Position numbers and translations under genes: made by a program | Notes under the pieces: generated by a model | Told to the model about the DNA's origin: nothing | Databases searched by the model: none | Seen by the model: only the letters and a program-made list of their open reading frames with translations | DNA from: Sandarakinorhabdus sp. | GTDB taxonomy: Bacteria > Pseudomonadota > Alphaproteobacteria > Sphingomonadales > Sphingomonadaceae | Assembly (NCBI RefSeq): GCF_041689835.1 | Contig: NZ_JBDNFM010000103.1 | Span: forward strand, 1-46,496 | Direction: 5' to 3' | Length of the DNA stretch: 46,496 nucleotides | Part shown: positions 9,094 to 17,910 of the stretch, piece by piece | How positions within the stretch are numbered: position 1 is the first letter of the stretch | Layout: every line of letters begins with the position of its first letter

Positions 9094-10686
9094 ATGCTGC
9101 GCCTGTTGTTTGCCCTTGTTTTGCTGATGGCAGCGCCGGCGTTTGCCAGCGCCCCGGCCGATCTGCACGCGTTGTTTGCCGATTGGCGGCGCTTTCAGGC
9201 CGGGCCGGCCGGTTCGGGAACGGTGGCGCCGGATTACACGCCGCCTGCCGTCGCGGCGCGCGCGCAGGCTTTGCCAGGTTTGCAGGCGCGGCTGATCGCC
9301 ACCGATACGGCCGGCTGGAGCGCGGCTGACAAGGTGGACTGGCAATTGGTGCAGGCTGAAATGAACGGCCTGAAATTCGATCTGGACGTGGCAAAGCCGT
9401 GGCAGCGCGATCCGGCCTGGTATGTTTCGCTTTGGACGGCACAAAGCGACACGCCCGATCACGAAGGCCCCGTTCACGCCGCGCCAATCGAACTTTGGCG
9501 CTACAGTTTTCCGCTGTCGAAGCCCGATGCGGCGCGGCTGGCAGGCGAACTGGCGCACATCCCGCCGCTGCTGGCCCAGGCGCGCGGCAATCTCACCGGC
9601 AATGCTGCCGATCTGTGGAACGCCGGCCTCATCACGTTGGGCGAACAGGAAGAGGGGCTGGCGGCGCTGGCGGCGCAGGTGAAGGGGCACAGGCTGCTCG
9701 AACGCCGTGTTGCCGAAGCGCTGGCCAGCACGCGGGATTTCATCGTCTGGGTGAAAGCGCAGGCACCGCAGAAAACCGGGCCGTCCGGCGTCGGCGTCGA
9801 GGCGTACAGCTGGTATCTCAAGCACGTCCAGCTTTCGCCTTACACGTGGGAACAAGAGGTCGCGATCCTCAGCCGCGAACTGGCCCGCGCCCATGCCGGC
9901 CTGCGGTTGGAGGAAAACAACCACAAGACACTTCCCGTTCTGACCAGCCCGGCAAATCAGGCCGAATGGGACGCCAAGAGCCTGGCCGCCATCGATCACT
10001 TCATCGGCTTCATGGACACCGCCGGGGTGGCGACCATCCAGCCCTACATGAAGCCCGAATTGGCCAAGCGCATCGGCAAGTGGGTGCCGGCGGAAAAGCA
10101 GAATTTCTTCGCCATCGCTCAAGGCCGCGCGCCCAACAGCCTGTTCGCGCATTTCTATCATTGGTGGGATCTGGCCGAAACGCAGGTGCGCCCGCACCCG
10201 TCACCGATCCGGCGCGGGCCGCTGCTGTACAATATCTGGATCAGCCGCGCCGAAGGCAACGCCACGGCGATGGAAGCAATGATGCTGGATGCCGGCTTGT
10301 TCGATATCAACCCGCGGGAACGCGAAGTGGTGTGGATCATGCAGGCCCAGCGCGCCGCGCGCGGGCTGGCGTCGCTGTATGCCCAGGCCAACATGATCGA
10401 TCTGAAAGCCGCGATGGCGATGCAGGTGGCGCGCACTCCCAACGGCTGGATGAGCCCCGATCTGCCGCTGCTCGGCTTTGAACAATCGCTCTATTTGCGG
10501 CAGGCGGGGTACGGCGCCAGCTACATCACCGGCAAGGCGCAGGTGGAACAATTGTTCGCCGAACTCGCCGAAAAGGAAGGCGCGGCGTTTTCGGTGAAGG
10601 GCTTTTATGACCGCTTCGGCAGTTTTGGCATGGTCCCGGTGAGCTTGATTCGGCAGGAATGGCTGGGCGTGCCGGTGGGCAAGTAA
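9094..10686 (+). CDS. Exported DUF885-like protein (zincin-like)
   Basis: AGGAAGG SD, ATG 9094, signal peptide. 'PWQRDP', 'AEGNATAME', 'QRAARG' and 'SYITGK' resemble DUF885 C-terminal motifs. Confidence 0.65.
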   Translation: MLRLLFALVLLMAAPAFASAPADLHALFADWRRFQAGPAGSGTVAPDYTPPAVAARAQALPGLQARLIATDTAGWSAADKVDWQLVQAEMNGLKFDLDVAKPWQRDPAWYVSLWTAQSDTPDHEGPVHAAPIELWRYSFPLSKPDAARLAGELAHIPPLLAQARGNLTGNAADLWNAGLITLGEQEEGLAALAAQVKGHRLLERRVAEALASTRDFIVWVKAQAPQKTGPSGVGVEAYSWYLKHVQLSPYTWEQEVAILSRELARAHAGLRLEENNHKTLPVLTSPANQAEWDAKSLAAIDHFIGFMDTAGVATIQPYMKPELAKRIGKWVPAEKQNFFAIAQGRAPNSLFAHFYHWWDLAETQVRPHPSPIRRGPLLYNIWISRAEGNATAMEAMMLDAGLFDINPREREVVWIMQAQRAARGLASLYAQANMIDLKAAMAMQVARTPNGWMSPDLPLLGFEQSLYLRQAGYGASYITGKAQVEQLFAELAEKEGAAFSVKGFYDRFGSFGMVPVSLIRQEWLGVPVGK

Positions 10687-10708
10687 AAGCTTGCGGCACG
10701 CCCCAATT

Positions 10709-12046
10709 TTACCTTCCCGCCCGCGGGATCAGCAGCAACTGTGTTTGCCGGCCATCGATCCAGCGGAACGAACTGCCGTTCCAGAACCCGTCCACCTCCA
10801 GCGGGAAGCGCACTTCGGCATTGCCCCATTCCGGCACGCGTGCCAGCGCGGCGAGTTCAATCGACCAGGCGGTATCGGCATAGATGCGATATTCGCCGCG
10901 GCCGGGCGTGGGGTTCTGATTGTCCCACGCGCCAATCCATGGCCCGGCGCCGTGGCCGTGCAGGCCGATGCTGTGGGTGTAGATGATCGGGTTGGTTCCG
11001 GCCGCGATGGCCTTTGCCCGCGCCGCCATAAGCGCTTCATTGCCGGTAATGCTGGTCTTGAAGCTGCTGGTCAGCGCATCCTGCACCTTGTTTGCTGCTG
11101 CCATGCCGGCCTTCAGGCCAGCCGGCGCGTCGCTTTCGCCGGGGCGCAGCACGTAGGCCAGTTGCTGCGTATCGGTTTTGAGGCCCAGCATGCCGGCACA
11201 GAAATCGACGTGCAACAGATCGCCGGGCAGGATCACCGGGTTGTCGGGCAACGTTTGCCGGCCAGGGGTGATGCCGGGGCTGTTGGCGCGCTGCACCGTC
11301 ACTGAAGGCTGGCACCAGGCATCCTGGCGCAGATCGGCCAGCCGCTCGCGGTACCACCACACCACGTCCTGCGTGGTTGTCACGCCCGGGGTGATCACCT
11401 TTTCCGACAGGCCTTCGGGGATCAGCGCGTGGGCCACGCGCATGATGCCGTTGTAAACCGCCATGTCTTCGGGGGTGCGGGTTTCCAGCACGCCAAGTGC
11501 AAGCCGTTCCTGGCTTTCCAGCCGGCTGGCGAGCGGGCCGATGGCCTTCACCAGTTGCTGATGCTCGCCGGCGGAAAGCCCGTTGGCCAGCGCGAAATCG
11601 GGGCTGATGTTGATGCCGATGCGCTTGGGATTGCGCTCCGCGACCAGCTGCGCCACCCGCGCCCATTGATCGGGCTGGGCTTCCGGGTCCCACGCCGCCG
11701 GGAACAGATCGCCCACCGGGTACCGCGACACGGCCAGCCGCTCGACGCCCTTTTCCGGCCCGCGATCGTGGAAAATCAGCACCATGCGCCGCCGGGCCGA
11801 AGCCCAGGTGGCGGGCAGCATCGTCTTGACCACCGGGTCTTCGTTATATTCGGATGCGACGAGGATCCACATGTCCACGCCCACTTCGCGCATGATTTTT
11901 GGCACTACCTGATCCAGACGCGCCTTCACCAGCCGGTCGTGGGCTGCGGCCCGGTCACGCAAGCCGGGCACGCTGGGGCGCTGATAGTCTTGCGCGGCAG
12001 CGGAGGTTGTGACGGCCAGCAAAAGCGCGGTGAGTATCGACTTCAT
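10709..12046 (-). CDS. Exported M24-family (Xaa-Pro aminopeptidase-like) metallopeptidase
   Basis: Signal peptide, 'EYNEDPV', and pita-bread metal ligands 'HVDF', 'KTD', 'YTHSIGLHGH', 'SIE', 'LEVD'. Confidence 0.85.
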   Translation of the reverse strand: MKSILTALLLAVTTSAAAQDYQRPSVPGLRDRAAAHDRLVKARLDQVVPKIMREVGVDMWILVASEYNEDPVVKTMLPATWASARRRMVLIFHDRGPEKGVERLAVSRYPVGDLFPAAWDPEAQPDQWARVAQLVAERNPKRIGINISPDFALANGLSAGEHQQLVKAIGPLASRLESQERLALGVLETRTPEDMAVYNGIMRVAHALIPEGLSEKVITPGVTTTQDVVWWYRERLADLRQDAWCQPSVTVQRANSPGITPGRQTLPDNPVILPGDLLHVDFCAGMLGLKTDTQQLAYVLRPGESDAPAGLKAGMAAANKVQDALTSSFKTSITGNEALMAARAKAIAAGTNPIIYTHSIGLHGHGAGPWIGAWDNQNPTPGRGEYRIYADTAWSIELAALARVPEWGNAEVRFPLEVDGFWNGSSFRWIDGRQTQLLLIPRAGR

Positions 12047-12145
12047 TCCCGTCTCCCTTGATTACCAAGGGTGTAGGACAGACGCATGGGCTTGTCAGCC
12101 CAGCAGAACAGGGGAGGGATGGCAGCAGAAGCAGCGCCAATGCCT

Positions 12146-12224
12146 GGGGCCAATGTTCGGGGCCAAAGTTTGGGGGACGGAATTCTGGGCCAAAGTTCGG
12201 GGCCAGAATTCGGGGCCAAAGTTC
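12146..12224. repeat. Six tandem degenerate copies of 13-bp GGGGCCAAAGTTC immediately 3' of tRNA-Thr
   Basis: ggggccaatgttc / ggggccaaagttt / gggggacggaattc / tgggccaaagttc / ggggccagaattc / ggggccaaagttc, read directly. Confidence 0.9.
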
Positions 12225-12229
12225 GGGGG

Positions 12230-12304
<75 letters not shown>

Positions 12305-12341
12305 ACGGCCCCGAATGGCCCGCACGGATGCGGGAAGCGGC

Positions 12342-12370
12342 CCTATGGCCAAGGGCTATCCCCCTGTCAA
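12342..12370 (-). promoter_or_regulatory. Putative sigma70 promoter of tRNA-Thr (TTGACA-N17-CATAGG)
   Basis: Perfect -35 TTGACA at 12370-12365, 17-nt spacer, and a -10 lacking the last T, as is common in alphaproteobacteria. Confidence 0.6.
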
Positions 12371-12408
12371 GCACTGACGCCTGCCGCGGGATCGGCTATG
12401 CAGTGAAT

Positions 12409-12597
12409 ATGACCAAAGAAACCCAAGCCCAGGCCAAGGCGCGTGCGGACCGGCTGGCCGCAGCCCTGCGTGCCAATCTGCGCAAACGAAAGGGGCTGGG
12501 TGACCGCGCTGATCCACTTGCGGATCAGCATCCGCCAGATAATGCAGGCGACCTTTCGCGCAGCCAACCCCAGGGCCCCGCAGCGAAACCCGATTAG
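12409..12597 (+). CDS. Small basic hypothetical protein (62 aa)
   Basis: ATG 12409. 'RADRLAAALRANLRKRK' resembles a small alphaproteobacterial hypothetical family. CTGACG-N17-TATGCA ends 6 nt upstream. Confidence 0.7.
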   Translation: MTKETQAQAKARADRLAAALRANLRKRKGLGDRADPLADQHPPDNAGDLSRSQPQGPAAKPD

Positions 12598-12606
12598 GCT
12601 CGCCGA

Positions 12607-13158
12607 TCAGCCCTTCTGGGCCAGCGCCTTGGCCACCGCCGCCGTCATTTCAGGCGACGTCGGCGTGGTCTTGCTGCCAAAAGCGGCGATCAGCTTGCCA
12701 TCCTTGCCAACCAGATATTTGTGGAAATTCCACTGCGGGGTGTTGGCATCGCCCAGCGTGGATGCGGCCCACTTGTACACCGGGATCGCTTTTGGCCCCT
12801 TGACCACGGCCTTTTCGGTCATCGGGAACTTGATGCCGAACTTGCTTTCGCAGAACTGCTTCACTTCGGCATTGCTGCCATATTCCTGGCCGCCGAAATC
12901 GCCCGACGGCACGCCGACCACGGTGAAACCCTTGGCCTTGTAGCTTTCGTGCAGCGCCTGCAGGCCTTCGTATTGCGGAGTGTATCCGCACATCGACGCC
13001 GTGTTGACCAGCAGCACGACCTTGCCCTTGTACTGCGCCATCGGCATCGGCTTGCCGTCGATGGTCTTCAGATTGAATTGATACAGGCTCTGCGGCGCTG
13101 GCGAGGCGGCAACGAGGGCTGTCAGTGCGGCGGCGGCGAGGGTGATGTGCTTCAGCAT
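12607..13158 (-). CDS. Glutathione peroxidase family protein (Cys type) with signal peptide
   Basis: 'VLLVNTASMCGYTPQY', 'FGGQE' and 'WNFHKYLV' GPx signatures, AGGAG SD. Confidence 0.95.
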   Translation of the reverse strand: MLKHITLAAAALTALVAASPAPQSLYQFNLKTIDGKPMPMAQYKGKVVLLVNTASMCGYTPQYEGLQALHESYKAKGFTVVGVPSGDFGGQEYGSNAEVKQFCESKFGIKFPMTEKAVVKGPKAIPVYKWAASTLGDANTPQWNFHKYLVGKDGKLIAAFGSKTTPTSPEMTAAVAKALAQKG

Positions 13159-13237
13159 AAATGTGCTCCTGATCGTTAGTTAACCGGCAAATACCACGGT
13201 TGGCGGCGCCTGCGAAGGCGAAGGGTGACGCAGGCGA

Positions 13238-15034
13238 TCAGAGCGGCGCGCAGGCCTGTTCCAGCCATGCCTGTTCGCCTGCATCAACGAGCAGCGGGCC
13301 GATTTCAGTCGCGACGCGGGCGTGGTAAGCGTTCCACCAGCCGCGCTCGTCGGCGGTGAGCAGGCCCACATCCACCAGCCGGCGGTCGATCGGAGCCAGG
13401 GTCAGCTCCTTGAAGCCCATGATCGCGCGCTCGGCGCCGTCGGCATGCAGCGTTTCCACCAGCATGAGATTTTCGATGCGGATGCCGTATTCGCCCCGCT
13501 TGTAATAGCCCGGCTCGTTGGACAGGATCATCCCCGGCTGCAGCGGTTCATCGTTGCCGGGCTGGGCCGACCACGCCGCCGCAATACGCTGCGGGCCTTC
13601 GTGTACCGAAAGATAGCTGCCCACGCCGTGCCCGGTTCCGTGGTTGTAATCCAGCCCGGCCGCCCACAGATGCTGGCGGGCCAGCGCATCAAGTTGCACG
13701 CCCTTGGTGCCCGCCGGGAAGATGGCGCGGGCCAACGCAATATGGCCCTTGAGCACGCGAGTGAACCGGTCCTGCATCTCCGGAGTCGGCGTGCCCACCA
13801 CCAGCGTGCGGGTTACGTCGGTGGTGCCGTCGCGGTATTGCCCGCCCGAATCGACCAGATAGATGCTGTCATTGCGGATCGGCAGGTTGGTTTCCGTGCT
13901 CACCCGGTAATGCGGCAGCGCTGCATTGGGCCCAGCGGCGGAGATGGTGTCGAACGACAAATCTTCCAGGCTGTTGGTCTCGGCGCGGAACTGGCGCAGG
14001 CGTTCCGCGGCGGACAGTTCGTCCAGCTCGCCCTTGGGGGCTTCACCGTCGAACCAGGCCAGAAACCGCGTCAGCGCCGCGCCGTCGCGCACGTGGGCGG
14101 CGATGGTGCCGGCGATTTCCACCGGGTTCTTGACGGCGCGTGGCAGCACGGTCGGATCACGCGCTTCGATGATGCGGGCGCCGCCGGCAGTGAGTGCTTC
14201 GAAAATGGCGGCGACGCAGCTTTGCGGATCGACCACTACCGTCTTGCCCGCCATGGCCTTCAGCGCCGCCTGGAACCCGTCGCGGGGCTGGCAGCGCACA
14301 TCGGCGCCCAAATGCGCAAGCACCGCCGGGGTGATTTTTTCCAGCGCCGTGAACAGATCGACGCTGCCATCCTTGTGAGCAATCGCGAATGCCAGCGCCA
14401 CCGGCGTGCGCGCCACATCGCGGCCGCGGATGTTGAGCAGCCAGGCAATCGAATCGAGCGCAGCGATCACCACCACATCGGCGCCTTTTTCCGCCAGCCA
14501 CGCCGCCACTTCGGCGCGCTTGCCGCAATGGGCGCGGCCGGCGAAGGGCAAATCATGCACCTCCAGCGGCGCCAGCGACGGGGCGGGGCGATCGGCCCAC
14601 ACCGCGTCGATGGGATTGCGGGTCACCGCCACCAATTCGGCTGCGCGCGCGGTCAACTGCGCGGCGGCCTGCTTGGCCCATGCGGCAGTGTGCAGCCACG
14701 GATCATAACCGATGCGCTGCCCGGCCTGCGCGTGTTCGCCCAGCCACTGCGCCGGGCTGGTTTTGGGCACGTCTTCGTATGAAAACACATCGCCCGGAAC
14801 TTGGCTGCGCACCTGCACGGTATAGCGGCCATCGGTAAACATCGCCGCGTGGGTTCCCATTACCACCGCGCTGCCTGCCGATCCGCCAAAGCCGCTGATC
14901 CACGCCAGCCGCTGGGCATATTCGCCAACATATTCGCTCATGTGCTCGTCGGTGAGCGGCACGGCAAAGCCGGCAAGTCCTTGCGCGGCCAGTTCGGCGC
15001 GCAATGCCGCAAGGCGTGAGGCGATGGTGGACAT
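13238..15034 (-). CDS. Aminopeptidase P (M24B, long creatinase-N type)
   Basis: 'DEHMSEY', 'GFGGSAG', 'DGRY', 'DSGGQY.DGTTDVTRT', 'HGTGHGVG..LSVHEGP', 'SNEPGYY', 'GIRIENL'. Confidence 0.95.
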   Translation of the reverse strand: MSTIASRLAALRAELAAQGLAGFAVPLTDEHMSEYVGEYAQRLAWISGFGGSAGSAVVMGTHAAMFTDGRYTVQVRSQVPGDVFSYEDVPKTSPAQWLGEHAQAGQRIGYDPWLHTAAWAKQAAAQLTARAAELVAVTRNPIDAVWADRPAPSLAPLEVHDLPFAGRAHCGKRAEVAAWLAEKGADVVVIAALDSIAWLLNIRGRDVARTPVALAFAIAHKDGSVDLFTALEKITPAVLAHLGADVRCQPRDGFQAALKAMAGKTVVVDPQSCVAAIFEALTAGGARIIEARDPTVLPRAVKNPVEIAGTIAAHVRDGAALTRFLAWFDGEAPKGELDELSAAERLRQFRAETNSLEDLSFDTISAAGPNAALPHYRVSTETNLPIRNDSIYLVDSGGQYRDGTTDVTRTLVVGTPTPEMQDRFTRVLKGHIALARAIFPAGTKGVQLDALARQHLWAAGLDYNHGTGHGVGSYLSVHEGPQRIAAAWSAQPGNDEPLQPGMILSNEPGYYKRGEYGIRIENLMLVETLHADGAERAIMGFKELTLAPIDRRLVDVGLLTADERGWWNAYHARVATEIGPLLVDAGEQAWLEQACAPL

Positions 15035-15109
15035 GGACGTTCTTCCCTTTATCAGTGCCACTTCAGATAGGCGCTCTGCCCCCGCGCCTCAAGCACAGGA
15101 ACCTGATTG

Positions 15110-17227
15110 ATGCGCTGTCTTGTGGCCGCACTCGCCATTCTCCTTCCCATCACCGGAGCCACCGCCCAGATGCAGCCCCCTATCGCCGCCAAGCGCCCGC
15201 ACAGTTTCACCCACCACGGCATTACCGTGGAAGACCCGTACAACTGGCTGAAGGATCCCGGTTACCCCAAGGTCGATGATGCCGATGTGCTGGCCTATCT
15301 CAAGGCCGAGAATGCGTATTTCGGAACGCAGATGGCCCCCATCGCCGGCTTCAAGGACAGGCTTTACGACGAGCTGAAAGGCCGGGTGCAGCAGGATGAC
15401 GCCTCGGTGCCGGTACCCGACGGCGCCTATGAATATTGGTGGCAGTTCAAGACGGGCGACCAGTATCGCACCTGGGTGCGGCGGCCCAAAGGCGGCAGCG
15501 CCGAACAGCTGGTGCTGTCCGAACCCGAACTGGCCAAGGGCCATGATTATTTCCGGCTCGGCGCGCAGAATGTCAGCCCCGATGGCCGGCTGATCGCCTA
15601 CAGCGTCGACACCGATGGCAGCGAACGCTTCACCATCCGCATCCGCGATATCGCTACGGGCAAGGATATCGAGACCGTCACCAAGGTGAGTGTCGGCGGC
15701 ATCGAATGGAGCGCGGATTCCACGGCCATTGTCTGGACCGAGGTCAACGACAACTGGCGGCGCATCAAGGCGCGTCTGCACGTGCTGGGCCAGTCCGGCG
15801 AAGACCGGGTGATCTATGAGGAAACCGAAGACAAGGGCTTTGGCGTATCGGTCGACAAGAGCCAGGACGGCAAGTGGCTGATCATCGGCACGTCGGACTA
15901 TGTGACGAGCGAAGTGCGGCTGGTGCCCGCCGCCAACCCCACCGCACCGCTGCTGCTGGTGCGGCGCCGGCAGGCTGGGGTGACCTATGAGGTGGACGTG
16001 CGCGGGGACAAATTGTTCATCCGCACCAACGATGATCACGTCAATTTCCGCGTCGCCGCCGCCAGCATCGCCAAGCCCGCCGCGTGGACGACGGTGATCG
16101 CCGGTTCGGACCGCGACTACATCACCGGCATCGCCGCCTTCACCTCGTATCTGGCCATCCAGGGCCGCCGCGAGGGGCTGGACCGGATCGTGTTGCGCAA
16201 GGACGACGGCAGCGAGACGGCACTGCCCTTCACCGAAGCTGCCTACACCGCCAGCATCGGCAGCAATGCCGAGCCGGATGCGCCGCTGCTGCGGGTGGGC
16301 TATGCTTCCATGGTCACTCCGGCCACCGTTTATGATTACGACGTCAAGGCTGGCAAACTTGTCACCCGCAAGGTGCAGCAGGTGCCATCGGGCTATGATG
16401 CCAGCCAGTATGAAAGCCAGCGCATTTTTGTGACGGCGCGTGACGGCGTCAAGGTGCCGGTGGCCATCGTTTATAAAAAGGGCTTCAAGCCCGACGGCGC
16501 CGGCAAGCTGCATCTTTATGCCTACGGCGCTTACGGCATCCCGACCATGCCGGGTTTTTCGGCCAACCGGCTGAGCCTGCTCGACCGCGGCATGGCCTTT
16601 GCCATCGCCCAGATTCGCGGCGGCGATGATCTGGGCTATCAATGGTATCTGGATGGCAAGCTGGCCAAGCGCACCAACACGTTCAACGATTTCGTCGATG
16701 CCGCCAAGGGCTTGGTCAAAGCTGGCTGGGCGGCGCCGGGAATGATCTCGGCCAGCGGCGGTTCGGCCGGCGGCGAATTGATGGGTGCGATCGTCAACCA
16801 GGCACCCGAACAGTTCCGCGCCGTGGTGGCGCACGTGCCGTTCGTCGATGTGCTGAACACGATGCTCGATGAAAGCTTGCCGCTCACGCCGGGCGAGTGG
16901 CCGGAATGGGGCAACCCGGTCACGTCCAAGGCCGATTTTGAATTGTTGCGGTCGTATTCGCCCTACGATCAAGTCAAGGCCCAGGCCTATCCGCCGCTGA
17001 TGGTCACTGCCGGATTGAACGATCCGCGCGTCACCTATTGGGAACCGGCAAAGTGGGTGGCCAAGCTGCGCGACGTGAAGACCGACAGCAACATCCTGGT
17101 GTTCAAGACCAACATGGGCGCCGGCCACGGCGGCAAATCCGGGCGCTTTGCGGCGCTGGAAGAACTGGCGGAGGAATATGCCTTCATCCTCAACCAGTTC
17201 GGGATCGGTGATGCCCCCGCCCGCTGA
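15110..17227 (+). CDS. ptrB: Oligopeptidase B (protease II, S9A) with signal peptide
   Basis: 'DPYNWL', beta-propeller region, 'GGSAGG' nucleophile elbow, 'DPRV.YWEPAKWVAKLR', 'AGHGG'. Confidence 0.93.
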   Translation: MRCLVAALAILLPITGATAQMQPPIAAKRPHSFTHHGITVEDPYNWLKDPGYPKVDDADVLAYLKAENAYFGTQMAPIAGFKDRLYDELKGRVQQDDASVPVPDGAYEYWWQFKTGDQYRTWVRRPKGGSAEQLVLSEPELAKGHDYFRLGAQNVSPDGRLIAYSVDTDGSERFTIRIRDIATGKDIETVTKVSVGGIEWSADSTAIVWTEVNDNWRRIKARLHVLGQSGEDRVIYEETEDKGFGVSVDKSQDGKWLIIGTSDYVTSEVRLVPAANPTAPLLLVRRRQAGVTYEVDVRGDKLFIRTNDDHVNFRVAAASIAKPAAWTTVIAGSDRDYITGIAAFTSYLAIQGRREGLDRIVLRKDDGSETALPFTEAAYTASIGSNAEPDAPLLRVGYASMVTPATVYDYDVKAGKLVTRKVQQVPSGYDASQYESQRIFVTARDGVKVPVAIVYKKGFKPDGAGKLHLYAYGAYGIPTMPGFSANRLSLLDRGMAFAIAQIRGGDDLGYQWYLDGKLAKRTNTFNDFVDAAKGLVKAGWAAPGMISASGGSAGGELMGAIVNQAPEQFRAVVAHVPFVDVLNTMLDESLPLTPGEWPEWGNPVTSKADFELLRSYSPYDQVKAQAYPPLMVTAGLNDPRVTYWEPAKWVAKLRDVKTDSNILVFKTNMGAGHGGKSGRFAALEELAEEYAFILNQFGIGDAPAR

Positions 17228-17630
17228 CCGGCGCAGCTTCACGATGGCGGTGACCGCGCAGGCCGCCGACATCGATGAACTGGGGCACGTCAACAACGCG
17301 GTTTACCTGCGCTGGATTCAGGATGCGGCGACCGCGCACTGGAGCGCGGTTGCTCCGCCCGAACACCGCGATGCCTACGTGTGGGTCGTGACCCGGCACG
17401 AGATCGATTATTTGCGCCAAACACTGAAGGGCGAAACGCTCGGCCTCACCACCTGGGTGGGGGAACCCAAGGGCGCGCGCTTTGATCGCACCGTCGAAAT
17501 CGCCGGCCCCGGAGGCGGCATCAGGGTGAAGGCCGTCACCACGTGGGCGCTGATCGACAAGGCGACGGGACGGCTGGCCCGGGTCCGCCCCGATATCGCT
17601 GCGCCGTTCCTCACACCCGCAGCAGATTGA
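17211..17630 (+). CDS. Acyl-CoA thioesterase (4HBT/YbgC hot-dog fold)
   Basis: 'DIDELGHVNNAVY' motif and 'VVTRHEIDY'. Overlaps the ptrB 3' end. Confidence 0.9.
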   Translation: MPPPADRRSFTMAVTAQAADIDELGHVNNAVYLRWIQDAATAHWSAVAPPEHRDAYVWVVTRHEIDYLRQTLKGETLGLTTWVGEPKGARFDRTVEIAGPGGGIRVKAVTTWALIDKATGRLARVRPDIAAPFLTPAAD

Positions 17631-17805
17631 ACAAATGCACCGCAGCAAGCAACGCTCCGGCCACGCCGGCAAAGGCGATGCCGTTCCACGGCAGATGCGC
17701 GTGCCACGATAGCGGCGCCCTCGTGCGCGCCAAGCCGCCCAGCGCGCCAGCGAGAGTGAGTGTCAACCCTGCCGCAGCCAAGATGAGTGTTGTCTGCACA
17801 TCCAT
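17611..17805 (-). CDS. Small two-TM membrane protein (64 aa)
   Basis: ATG 17805. Two hydrophobic segments separated by a basic loop with 'LPW', ending 'VHLFNLL'. Confidence 0.6.
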   Translation of the reverse strand: MDVQTTLILAAAGLTLTLAGALGGLARTRAPLSWHAHLPWNGIAFAGVAGALLAAVHLFNLLRV

Positions 17806-17910
17806 GCGCCGCGCTTTGGCAGGCCGTTCACGCCCGCGCAATCTCCCGCCTTGCAGGGTGCAGCACACGGGGTTACCCATCAGCTCATCGTTCCTTTGGG
17901 GAGAAACATC

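Noticed and set aside
12146-12224. Possible mini-CRISPR array
   Set aside because: The units are 13 bp and directly adjacent with no unique spacers, and there are no cas genes in the window.
12960-13020. Selenocysteine in the glutathione peroxidase
   Set aside because: The active-site codon is TGC (Cys) and there is no in-frame TGA.
15089-17296. 735-aa antisense ORF and similar long ORFs (13322-14782, 19872-21605, 28380-29960, 30006-31172, 43020-44147)
   Set aside because: They mirror well-supported genes on the opposite strand, as expected from high-GC codon bias, and have no recognisable motifs.
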